Source: Betaproteobacteria bacterium RIFCSPLOWO2_12_FULL_62_58
GTDB taxonomy: Bacteria > Pseudomonadota > Gammaproteobacteria > Burkholderiales > SG8-41
Direction of reading: 5' to 3'
Assembly (NCBI GenBank): GCA_001772005.1
Contig: MERI01000231.1
Coordinates: 2,762 to 66,761, forward strand
Length of the DNA stretch: 64,000 nt
Shown here: positions 54,553 to 63,425 of the stretch, piece after piece
Numbering within the stretch: position 1 is the first letter of the stretch
Layout: each line of letters starts with the position of its first letter
The notes under the pieces: generated by a model
The model's database searches: none
What the model was told of the DNA's origin: nothing
The model's input: only the letters and a program-made list of their open reading frames with translations
Position numbers and translations under genes: made by a program

Positions 54553-55887
54553 CTAAAGGTTATCGATGATTTTCCAGGATCCTGGCTCGGGATGCATGAC
54601 ATACTTCTTTTCGTTAGAAATCTTGTCAACAAAAATGCTTCCCTCTTTCATGACCATCTTGATGTTGTCCCGTTGCTGAAGCACCTTGATGTCGCGGGAC
54701 GGGTCGCCCTCTACTGCGACAATGTCGGCCAGCTTCCCTGGCTCCAATGTCCCGAGATCCTTGCCGAGACCAAGCGCCTCGGCGGCGTTCTTTGTGGCCG
54801 TCTGAATTGCTTCCATCGGGCTCATGCCGAGTTTCACATAAATCTCTAGTTCTCCAGCGTTGCTGCCCATTTCCGGGTCCAGCCCGATGTCTGTTCCCAT
54901 CGCCATCTTCACACCGGCCTGATGGAATTTCTTGAAAGATTCGAATGTATAGGGCTGGATCTTCTTCATTTTGGTCAAGACATTCTGCGGTGTGCCGATC
55001 CGGCGTCTAACTTCAATGGCGTGGTCCGTCCTGTGGGAAAGTGTGGGGATCACTGGAATCCCGGCGTCTTTTATCATCGCGATCGTTTCATCGTCGGTAA
55101 ATACGATATGCTCGATCGTGTCGACACCAGCTTTGACGCACATGCGGTGAGACTGCGTAGTAAAGCAATGCGCCGCCACCGGTTTGTGAAACGCATGGGC
55201 TTCGTCGACGATTGCATCCAGCTCCTCTTGGGTCATGTTCCTCACATCGGGCTCTTCGTCGGCAGTCCCGCCGCCGCCGGATACACTAGTCTTGATGAGA
55301 TCCGCCCCGGTTCTCAGTTGTTCCCGCGCTAGCCGACGCAATTCCCATGGCCCGTCCGCGACCATGTCCGGCTGACGTAAGGCCGCGCGCGGCAATACGA
55401 GATCAAGATGGGAGTTCGTTATTATTGCCCTCCCGCAGACGATCAATCTGGGTCCAGGGACAATGCCGGCATTGATCGCGTCCCGAACGGCACAAAACTC
55501 CGCGGTAAATTGGCCACGGGGCGTCACTCTCCCCAAATCTCTTACAGTCGTGAAGCCCATCTCGAACAACATGTGAGCGTGGAAAAGCACATAAAAAGAT
55601 TCCAGTTGGGGGGTTACTTCGAATATCGCAACCCGGTAATTATTGAACGTCGCGGCGTTGTAGGCCGCGAGATGGGCGTGGCAGTCGAACATACCGGGCA
55701 TGAGGGTGTATTTGCGGGCATTGATAACTTTCGCGCCGCGCGGCGCTTTGATTTGTCCCGCAATACCCACAGCTTTGATTCTCTTGCCCTCAACAACGAT
55801 CGTCGGGTTCCTGGTGACAGCGCCACCGTTTCCGTCGATCAGTCTGCCACCGTTGATTACGCTTAGTTTCTTATCAACATTAGACAT
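54553..55887 (-). CDS. Amidohydrolase-superfamily metallohydrolase, copy 2
   Basis: Collinear paralog of 27740..29101 (GMFDCHAHL; GKLADIVAVEGDP). GGAGA SD. Confidence 0.8.
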   Translation of the reverse strand: MSNVDKKLSVINGGRLIDGNGGAVTRNPTIVVEGKRIKAVGIAGQIKAPRGAKVINARKYTLMPGMFDCHAHLAAYNAATFNNYRVAIFEVTPQLESFYVLFHAHMLFEMGFTTVRDLGRVTPRGQFTAEFCAVRDAINAGIVPGPRLIVCGRAIITNSHLDLVLPRAALRQPDMVADGPWELRRLAREQLRTGADLIKTSVSGGGGTADEEPDVRNMTQEELDAIVDEAHAFHKPVAAHCFTTQSHRMCVKAGVDTIEHIVFTDDETIAMIKDAGIPVIPTLSHRTDHAIEVRRRIGTPQNVLTKMKKIQPYTFESFKKFHQAGVKMAMGTDIGLDPEMGSNAGELEIYVKLGMSPMEAIQTATKNAAEALGLGKDLGTLEPGKLADIVAVEGDPSRDIKVLQQRDNIKMVMKEGSIFVDKISNEKKYVMHPEPGSWKIIDNL

Positions 55888-55982
55888 TCATGTGTCTCCG
55901 CATGTCGTTAAACAATTTGACCCTGTTGTTCCTGAGCGTCCGGTATATGCCTAGACTTCTCACCGCGGAAACGCCCGCGGCA

Positions 55983-57044
55983 TTAATTGTTCGTCAGCTT
56001 GAGCGCTTTCACCACTTTGGTCCATCTTTCGGTCTCGGACTTGATATAAGCAGCAAACTCCTCGGGGCTGCTGCTCGGCGCGGGTTCGATGCCCTGCTTC
56101 AACAGCATTTCGCGGACGTCTGGAAGGTTGAGGACCGTCACGGTTGCCCGGTACAAGCGCTCTATGATCGGGCGCGGTGTGCGAGCCGGCGCAAGCATCC
56201 CGTACCAATTGGTCGCTTCATACCCCTTAATCCCTGCTTCTGCTACGGTAGGCACGTCTGGCAACACTCCCGCGCGCTTCGCTCCGGCAACCGCGAGCGC
56301 GCGCGCCTTGCCGGCCTTCACCTGCGGCAAGATGGTCGATATCATGCCAACCAGCATCTCGAGTTGCCCTGAAACGACAGCGGTAATTCCTAACGTGCCG
56401 CCTTTGTACGGCACGTGCACTATGTTCACCCTGGCCATTGTGGTGAACAGCTCCCCTGCGAGGTGCCCTGGACCGCCGACGCCCGCGGACGCGTAATTGA
56501 GCGCTCCGGGGCGCGACCTGGCAAGCGCGACCAGCTCCTTGATCGAGTGAACAGGAAGTGACGGATGGATGACGAAAACGATCTGTAGTGCAACAGCGTT
56601 GCTGATCGGCGCGAAGTCCTTGATCGGGTCGTATGGGACTTTGCGGATCAATGGAGAGATCACCTCCGCGCCAAATGTGCCAAGATGAATAGTGTAACCG
56701 TCTGGGGCAGATCTCGCGGCGAGCTCGGCGCCAATAACGCCCGCCGCACCAGGACGGTTGTCCACGATGAATCGCTGCTTGAATGCTTCATCGTACTTTG
56801 ACGCAAGCAGCCGCGCGACAATATCCGTGCCGCCTCCTGGTGGGAAACCGATGATGATGGTTACTGGCCTGCTCGGGTAGTCCTGTGCGAATACTTTGGA
56901 CGCACTCAAAATGGCGAATAGCGAGACTACGAAACCGACTGCCAAGGCCGCGCGAACGACGAGTTGAGGGAATGGTCGACATTCGGGGGCTGCAAATAGA
57001 TTCCTCATGCTCTTCTCCTTGCCCTCTGGGGCAACCCCTATCAC
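55983..57044 (-). CDS. Bug-family substrate-binding protein
   Basis: YPSRPVTIIIGFPPGGGTD. The probable start is MRNLFAAP at 57008. Confidence 0.85.
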   Translation of the reverse strand: MIGVAPEGKEKSMRNLFAAPECRPFPQLVVRAALAVGFVVSLFAILSASKVFAQDYPSRPVTIIIGFPPGGGTDIVARLLASKYDEAFKQRFIVDNRPGAAGVIGAELAARSAPDGYTIHLGTFGAEVISPLIRKVPYDPIKDFAPISNAVALQIVFVIHPSLPVHSIKELVALARSRPGALNYASAGVGGPGHLAGELFTTMARVNIVHVPYKGGTLGITAVVSGQLEMLVGMISTILPQVKAGKARALAVAGAKRAGVLPDVPTVAEAGIKGYEATNWYGMLAPARTPRPIIERLYRATVTVLNLPDVREMLLKQGIEPAPSSSPEEFAAYIKSETERWTKVVKALKLTNN

Positions 57045-57093
57045 ACCCTGGACTTCAACATTGACGAAATCCGCACCAACGGGAGATTGGGGC

Positions 57094-58539
57094 CTAGCTA
57101 TTGCATCTCAGATGTTCCGTGCTTCCCATGGTTAACGGCGAGTCGGAATCCCAGGCGTGTCTTTTGGTCAGCCCCGCACTATGTTCCCGCTGCGCCTCGG
57201 CGGTGGCCCGAGTAAGTTTCGCAATGGCGTCCAGGCGCTGGATCGAGCGCGCAAGACCCAGCAACCGGCGTGCGCCAGCGTCTGTCAAGGCGCGGCGTAC
57301 ACAATCCAGGAATTTTTCTTCATGCTCGGCCGGCGGCATGGGCGAAGCCGGCGAGCCTGGGGTTTTGGTGACGCGCGTAGAAAACACGCCGCGGCGGGTC
57401 GAAATTTCGACATCGTTGTAGCCAACAACTCCGGAATACATCCTCGCATCGGCGATGTGATAGCGCTCGACGCGACGCATCATTTCTCGCAGGACGAGAC
57501 GCTGCACCATTGCGTCCGTGAAAGTTTCGAGACCTAGTCTGCGATCGAGCACTATGGCTGCTGCGACATACTCGATGCTGAACTTTCCCTCGAGTCCGGT
57601 TTGCGGATTGGTATGTATGAGCGGCTCGTCAGTTCCCGGCGGAAACCCCACCCTGATTTTCTCAATCTCTTCTGAAGCGATCGAATGCGCTCGCAGTAAG
57701 TCGAGCAGACCTCCTACCGCACGATGGGTACAGTAACAGCACGGCCAACGCTTATAGCTGATCCCTGGCACCACCGCCTCCCACGGATTGCCGAGGTTAT
57801 TCAGCGTTGAGCTGAGTGAAGGGCCATCCGCGTGGTACATGTCAATGAAGCTGTGCTTTCCATCAAGAATCGCGGGATCGGCGGTAAAACCAGATCGGGC
57901 GAGCGTGGCCGCATGCACAGCGCAACGCGCTGCATGCCCCACCTGCAAAGGCTTGGTCATCGTGCCGAGGTTACGAACAAGCCCTGCGGCCTGCGATGCG
58001 GCTACCCCCCACGCATGACACAGCTCCCGCACACTCATACGCCACAACCGAGCCGCAACAGCCGTCGAAGAAAAAATCCCGACGGTCGCTGTACTATGCC
58101 ATCCGTGCAGATAATGGCTATCGCCCAGCGCTCTCCCGAGTTTACCCGCCACTTCAAGACCTAGCGCATACGCGGTCAATACCTCACGCCCGGAAGCCGC
58201 CGTCGTTTCCCCGACAGCCAACGCGACCGGCATCATCGTTGCGCTCGGATGGCCACGCAGACCGGCCATTGTGTCGTCAAAGTCAAGCGCGTGGCTTGCA
58301 ATGCCGTTTATAAATGCGGCATCCGCTGCCGACGTGAACAGATCCCGCCCCCACACGGTGGCCTTCGACCCGGTTTGCAGTTCTTGAACGCACCGCAGTG
58401 CAATGTCCACCACTGGCTCCCGCGTCCCCGCAAGCCCGACACCAAGCGTATCGATCAGCGCAATCTGAGCGCTCTCCAGGACCGGGGCCGGAATCTCCCC
58501 GGCCTCAACGACAAAGCGCCCCAGACGTTCAGTCTGCAT
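57094..58539 (-). CDS. MmgE/PrpD family protein (paralog 8)
   Basis: From ATG 58539: LGRFVVEAGEIPAPVLESAQIALIDTLGVGLAG. Closest in layout to paralog 3. One nt separates it from the upstream stop. Confidence 0.85.
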   Translation of the reverse strand: MQTERLGRFVVEAGEIPAPVLESAQIALIDTLGVGLAGTREPVVDIALRCVQELQTGSKATVWGRDLFTSAADAAFINGIASHALDFDDTMAGLRGHPSATMMPVALAVGETTAASGREVLTAYALGLEVAGKLGRALGDSHYLHGWHSTATVGIFSSTAVAARLWRMSVRELCHAWGVAASQAAGLVRNLGTMTKPLQVGHAARCAVHAATLARSGFTADPAILDGKHSFIDMYHADGPSLSSTLNNLGNPWEAVVPGISYKRWPCCYCTHRAVGGLLDLLRAHSIASEEIEKIRVGFPPGTDEPLIHTNPQTGLEGKFSIEYVAAAIVLDRRLGLETFTDAMVQRLVLREMMRRVERYHIADARMYSGVVGYNDVEISTRRGVFSTRVTKTPGSPASPMPPAEHEEKFLDCVRRALTDAGARRLLGLARSIQRLDAIAKLTRATAEAQREHSAGLTKRHAWDSDSPLTMGSTEHLRCNS

Positions 58540-58540
58540 A

Positions 58541-59596
58541 TCAGTCTGCACGCGCCCCGGACGCTCGCACCACGGCCGACCATTTGGTGATCTGTAATTT
58601 GATATACGCGCCAAACCTTTCCGGCGTGGTAATAAAAGGCTCAGCGCCCGTTTTTGATAACTGCTCCCTGACATCCGCCATATTCAATATCCTGTTGATC
58701 TCCTGGTTCAGCCGTGTCGTAACGGCGGTCGGGGTGCCGACAGACGTGACCACACCGAACCAGCCGTCCGCTTCATAGCCAGGCAATCCAGATTCCGAGA
58801 CCGTGGGCACATCCGGCAGAAATCGGGATCGCTTAACGCAAGTCACCGCAAGGACGCGTACTTTCCCGCTTTTTATCAATGGCATCGCTGGTGGTAGATT
58901 GACGAACATCAAGGGAACCTGACCGCTCATCACGTCAACAAGAGCAGGGGTGGTGCCCTTATATGGAACATGCACGATGTCAATACCCGACATCGTCTTG
59001 AATAATTCACCTGATAAATGAATACCGGTTCCCGTACCGCCCGATGCAAAATTCAACGCCCCCGGCCGAGATTTGGCCAACCTGATCACATCTTTCACCG
59101 ATTTCGCCGGGACAGACGGGTGTGCAACAAGCACATTACAAACGTTGATCAGCGAGGCGACCGGGGTGAAATCTTTTACCGGGTCATAAGGCAGATGACG
59201 ATATAAGCTTGGATTGATGGCATAAGCTGTCGAGATTAAGAGGATCGTGTATCCGTCTGGTGCAGTTCTCGCCGCCAGTTCGCTGCCAATACGGCCAGCC
59301 GCCCCCGGCCTGTTGTCGACTACGATCTGCTGACGAAGACCCTCAACTAATTTTTGAGCGACGATCCTGGCGGGAATGTCGCTTGCTCCACCCGCTGGCC
59401 CCGCTACGATGAAACGAATCGGCTTATTCGGGTATTCGCTGCCGAGAGTCAATCCAGAAAGACAGAGCGGAACTACCAGCACGAAGAACGACTGCTTCAC
59501 GTGGAAACGTCTTCGATCGACGGCCCCGATTGGCCGCCGTCTTCGAGAGCGTGCGGCGCCCCGCCTCAGGGGTAACCGGCTGAACAAGAAGCGCAT
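58541..59596 (-). CDS. Bug-family substrate-binding protein
   Basis: YPNKPIRFIVAGPAGGASD. A GTG at 59500 gives a normal signal peptide (VKQSFFVLVVPLCLSGLTLG), so the ATG 59596 start is probably too long. Confidence 0.85.
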   Translation of the reverse strand: MRFLFSRLPLRRGAARSRRRRPIGAVDRRRFHVKQSFFVLVVPLCLSGLTLGSEYPNKPIRFIVAGPAGGASDIPARIVAQKLVEGLRQQIVVDNRPGAAGRIGSELAARTAPDGYTILLISTAYAINPSLYRHLPYDPVKDFTPVASLINVCNVLVAHPSVPAKSVKDVIRLAKSRPGALNFASGGTGTGIHLSGELFKTMSGIDIVHVPYKGTTPALVDVMSGQVPLMFVNLPPAMPLIKSGKVRVLAVTCVKRSRFLPDVPTVSESGLPGYEADGWFGVVTSVGTPTAVTTRLNQEINRILNMADVREQLSKTGAEPFITTPERFGAYIKLQITKWSAVVRASGARAD

Positions 59597-59615
59597 TGCC
59601 GTACTTTTGATGGTG

Positions 59616-60716
59616 TCAAGCCGTATGAGCGGCCTTCTCAGCCTTAAGTCGTGGTGAGGTAAGTTTTATTCCAAGAATCTCGCGCGCTTCGTCCGGTGTG
59701 GCTATTTCCCTTCCTAATTCTCTAGCGATCGTGGCGACTTTTCGCACCATATCGGCATTTCTTTGTATGACGTCGTCCTTGTGCGGATACACCCAATAAC
59801 AATCTTCAGCTCCCACTCTCACGATCTGCGCGCCGAGCATTATTCCCAATACAGTTATCGGCAGCCAATTCCGTCCGCCGACGTAGACCCCCATCACGCT
59901 GTCTGGAATTGTTTCTTTAACCATGTAGAAACTCGTGATAAGTTGCAGCGCTCCCCAGGGATCCTTGTGTATGGTGTATGAATCATGTTTCCCCATGTGC
60001 AGATTTAGGATGTAAGGTTTCATCCTGGAGAGGCCGGGATCTATCAGAATATCCTTCAAGCGCATCAACGAAATCGGATTGTAGAGTTGGTAGACAGGTT
60101 TAACATTGTGTTCTTCGAGAAACGGAATCCCCTCGATGAGGGATTTTTCACTAATGTGGAAATCCCCCGGCTCGTATCTGCCCCATCCAACAAGCACAAC
60201 ACTTCCCTGGCAGTACTTGTTGCCATTACCCATCTCAAGTAATTTTTTTGTTTTCTTTATCCAGTCAACCTCCGCGCCGAAACGATCGAACGTGTCTTGC
60301 ATAGTGACCATGTCGACCTTCTCGTAGACGCGGTCGAAAATTTCTGCGTTTAGCTTCGGGTCATATGCTTTTTCCGTCCGGAAACCCCGCTCCGGATCTA
60401 TCGCATGGTGGTGAATTGCAGCGGCGCCTTCCTTCACCGAGTCGACAATCGTATCTACCTGTTCTTCCACCGTGCACGGAATGGCCGGATATCTTATTCC
60501 TCCCTCTTTGTAGCCGGGGGGCTCGAACGGATAAATTTCCCGAGGTCCCCAGAATCGGACAGATGGCCCAGTAGTTGCGCACTCAATAATGAGTTTTTTA
60601 TCCATCGTCGGGATTCGAGGCTCGAGGTCGATTGGAAATCTTTTCAGCCGAATCCTGATGTACTCTTCAAGCGATTTCGCCCAATCTTTGACAGGCGCTT
60701 TGTATTCCATAACCAC
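59616..60716 (-). CDS. BKACE / DUF849 family (3-keto-5-aminohexanoate cleavage enzyme-like) protein with N-terminal extension
   Basis: LIIECATTG, the AAIHHHAIDP metal motif and VRVGAEDCYW match the BKACE TIM-barrel signature. About 38 extra N-terminal residues. Lowest GC in the window. Confidence 0.7.
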   Translation of the reverse strand: MVMEYKAPVKDWAKSLEEYIRIRLKRFPIDLEPRIPTMDKKLIIECATTGPSVRFWGPREIYPFEPPGYKEGGIRYPAIPCTVEEQVDTIVDSVKEGAAAIHHHAIDPERGFRTEKAYDPKLNAEIFDRVYEKVDMVTMQDTFDRFGAEVDWIKKTKKLLEMGNGNKYCQGSVVLVGWGRYEPGDFHISEKSLIEGIPFLEEHNVKPVYQLYNPISLMRLKDILIDPGLSRMKPYILNLHMGKHDSYTIHKDPWGALQLITSFYMVKETIPDSVMGVYVGGRNWLPITVLGIMLGAQIVRVGAEDCYWVYPHKDDVIQRNADMVRKVATIARELGREIATPDEAREILGIKLTSPRLKAEKAAHTA

Positions 60717-61039
60717 ACCTCCTTGACCAGGTTAACTCTGCGCTTGATCCCAAAACGAAGTATCGCAATCCTTGATCGACACGGCAAGATTAGTTTTCCG
60801 CTCTGCGGAAATTTTATGGATCCTATTTTTTCCCTAGTTTTTGCCCTAATTACACAGGCTTATGACAGGTTAGCTTCTGAAGCTGTTCCTCGCTACGACT
60901 TATCTGTTTTCTCGACCAGGAGTAGACGCGCGTTCGTGAAGCCCTGCAGCCGAGTCGAGGATTACAATGTCTTATCGGCAAAAAAATGAGATTCTGTCTT
61001 CAATATACGCAGAACGACATCAAGAGCGCGGATCAACTA

Positions 61040-61056
61040 ATTGCAGAGCTTGCAAT
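61040..61056. promoter_or_regulatory. Inverted repeat ATTGCA-gagct-TGCAAT upstream of the probable IclR-2 start
   Basis: A 6-5-6 palindrome 45-95 nt upstream of the candidate ATGs. It shares the TTGCA core with the repeats at 29184..29236. Confidence 0.3.
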
Positions 61057-61943
61057 CGTCGACCCATTTGAATAGATTCGGATTCAGCATCGCCCGCGAC
61101 ATGACCCGGACAACGCAGGGAAAGAACCAGCTTGTCACACCCCGGCAAAATATGCCCAAGACGCGGCGAAAATCTGGCGGCACACGAAGCATTGAACGCA
61201 CGGTCCAGCTGCTGCGAGAAATAGCGAGATTCGGCAGGCGTGGCGCAAGGCTGTCCGACCTTGTCATGGCAACCCAGCTTGGATACGCGACGGCCCATCG
61301 CATCTTGAAATGCCTTGTCGATCAGGAGCTAGCCGAAAAAGATCTGCGAACACGACGCTATTCGCTGGGTCAACTAATCTACGAACTGGGTCTTGGTGCC
61401 ACACCGAAAGTAAACCTGCGCGAGATATGTGAGCCGATCGTTTCATGCATCGCGGAGCGAACCGGCGATACCGTCTTTCTCCATGTTCGCAGCGGCCTAG
61501 ACGTCCTTTGCATCGACCGCAAGGAAGGAATGTCGCCGATCAAGACCCATGTCTTTGACATCGGAAGCCGTCGGCCTCTCGGGGTAGGAGCCGGAGGAAT
61601 TGCGCTGTTGGCCGCCCTGCCTCAAGACGAGGTTGAGGAAATTGTGAACACAATCGCACCTCGCCTCTTACCGTGGCGCGTAACACCAAAAAGGGTGTTG
61701 ATAATGGTCGCACGCGCGAAACGAGACGGTTATGTAGCTACAGAAGGTGCCGTAGTGAAATGGGTGAATGCTGTAAGTGTTCCGTTTGGGGGGCAGAACG
61801 GATTGCCGCAGGCTACAATCACCATTGCCACGATTCCTCCCCGTCTTCCTAGCTCGAGGCAGCACGAATTGGTGGCCATGTTACGCGCGGGAATACGGGA
61901 AATCGAAAGACTCGCGAAGGAATTTTCGTCCCCTGGGCGGTGA
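61041..61943 (+). CDS. IclR-family transcriptional regulator
   Basis: wHTH (SIERTVQLLREIARFGRRGARLSDLVMATQLGYATAHRILKCL) plus an effector domain. The likely start is ATG 61152 (MPKTRRKSGG) or 61101. Confidence 0.85.
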   Translation: MQSLQSSTHLNRFGFSIARDMTRTTQGKNQLVTPRQNMPKTRRKSGGTRSIERTVQLLREIARFGRRGARLSDLVMATQLGYATAHRILKCLVDQELAEKDLRTRRYSLGQLIYELGLGATPKVNLREICEPIVSCIAERTGDTVFLHVRSGLDVLCIDRKEGMSPIKTHVFDIGSRRPLGVGAGGIALLAALPQDEVEEIVNTIAPRLLPWRVTPKRVLIMVARAKRDGYVATEGAVVKWVNAVSVPFGGQNGLPQATITIATIPPRLPSSRQHELVAMLRAGIREIERLAKEFSSPGR

Positions 61944-62232
61944 GTGGACATCGACGGCACGCATGACGGTCACCCACAGTCTGCACACGCTGCGGTTCCG
62001 GCACGAGTCTTGAGCCAGCCGCAATCCCCGGCAGAAATCCACACAGTTTGACCGCGCCGAGAGAGAGTAGGAGCGTTACCCGGATAAAGTTTGCTCCGCG
62101 CGCCCGTCGCCTATCCCCGCAGCAAGACTGCGGGGGTATTACGGCGACGAAAAACAAAATCACGGCGCGCTTCGCTAACGTCAACAACAAAAAACATGCA
62201 GTTCCCGCGTGCCAAGAGCACGGGGAATAGCG

Positions 62233-62443
62233 AGTTCAATCCTGCACAGTAGAAATTGCAGGGCGTGCATGAAGTGAGAATCTTCAGGTCGGATAGCATG
62301 TGACGCCAGCCGCTGTGCACATACCTTTCAAACGGGGAGCCGTCTAGCTCCTCCGCGGTGTCGCCCTCTATGATTCCGTAGAACACGCGTCCCTGCTGCT
62401 CGAATCGTCCATACTTCATTTTTTGCACTCCGCTCATGATCAA
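62233..62443 (-). pseudogene. N-terminal fragment of a fumarylacetoacetate hydrolase (FAH)-family gene
   Basis: MKYGRFEQQGRVFYGIIEGDTAEELDGSPF....LSDLKILTSCTPCNFYCAGLN matches the FAH-family N-terminal domain up to the ..GLNY motif. Homology is then lost and the ORF ends at 110 aa. Confidence 0.5.
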
Positions 62444-62461
62444 TGGTGAGCCGGAAAGCGG

Positions 62462-63370
62462 TTACCTTTTTCGCTGCTGCTTTTGTAGCGCTTCCAGAAT
62501 GTTGCATGACGCCTGAGCATGCTGCAGAAATGTCCCGAACGATGCGGAATCCAAAAAATGACTTCCCCAGAAATGCTCGTCCAGCAGACGAGTCCATTCG
62601 GGGCACCCAGCAAGTCGGCGAACTGTTCCTTCCCAGAAATCGACAGCTTCTTGCAATAGCCCAGGCGGTCCAATAATCCCGCGCCATGCGACAAAAGGAT
62701 GCCGAACGCCGACTTCTTTAAGGCAGACCGTGCGTTGAAAAGGTCCGGGCAAAGGCCGATCGCTCGATACCGCAATCGGGTGGCACTGCTGGGAATACGC
62801 GAGCCGCGCGATGGCGGCTGCAGTATCGGCATATAGCTGGATTACATCCGACGCGAGTGCTCCAAGCGCGGCGTCCTCGTTTTCGAATACTTTTGTCACA
62901 GCCGTCTTATCTAGGTGGAACGCTTCCAAGGCGCGCGTAACGGCGAGATGGCGTGCGTTCCCCGGCTTTCCGACGAACCCGGTTTCAAGCGGCGAGTGCC
63001 GGCGCTGAACCGATTCGACAAAGCCACTCCAATCGAGAGCCGGTTCGCACGGCTGGACGCCGAGTACGATGTATTCGTCAACCAGTAGCGCGATGGAGGT
63101 GAAGTCGGTCGGTCCCACGGTCGACTTACCGCTCAGGTAATTGCTAACGAGCATGTTCGACGCGATGCCGATTGTATGACCGTCCGCTGGGCACTCGCGC
63201 AAGCGCTCCCATGTGAGCGCTTGCCCTCTGCCGGGCAAGTTGACGACCTCGATCTGCACACCCGTTGTCGACTCGATGGTCCTTTGGATGACGCGTGCGA
63301 GCACATCATTTGCACCGCCGCGCTTTGACCCGACAACAAGCTGCACCGCGCGGTTGGGTCGCCAAGACAT
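62462..63370 (-). CDS. Divergent TctC-type binding-protein homolog lacking a signal peptide
   Basis: Starts MSWRPNRAVQLVVGSKRGGANDVLARV, which aligns with the mature N-terminus of TctC-type proteins. An in-frame TGA lies 6 codons upstream of the ATG. Confidence 0.65.
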   Translation of the reverse strand: MSWRPNRAVQLVVGSKRGGANDVLARVIQRTIESTTGVQIEVVNLPGRGQALTWERLRECPADGHTIGIASNMLVSNYLSGKSTVGPTDFTSIALLVDEYIVLGVQPCEPALDWSGFVESVQRRHSPLETGFVGKPGNARHLAVTRALEAFHLDKTAVTKVFENEDAALGALASDVIQLYADTAAAIARLAYSQQCHPIAVSSDRPLPGPFQRTVCLKEVGVRHPFVAWRGIIGPPGLLQEAVDFWEGTVRRLAGCPEWTRLLDEHFWGSHFLDSASFGTFLQHAQASCNILEALQKQQRKR

Positions 63371-63425
63371 GGACTCCGCTACAATTCAGGAAGGTCCGTT
63401 CGCGCGTCGCGCGCGGCATCCCATG

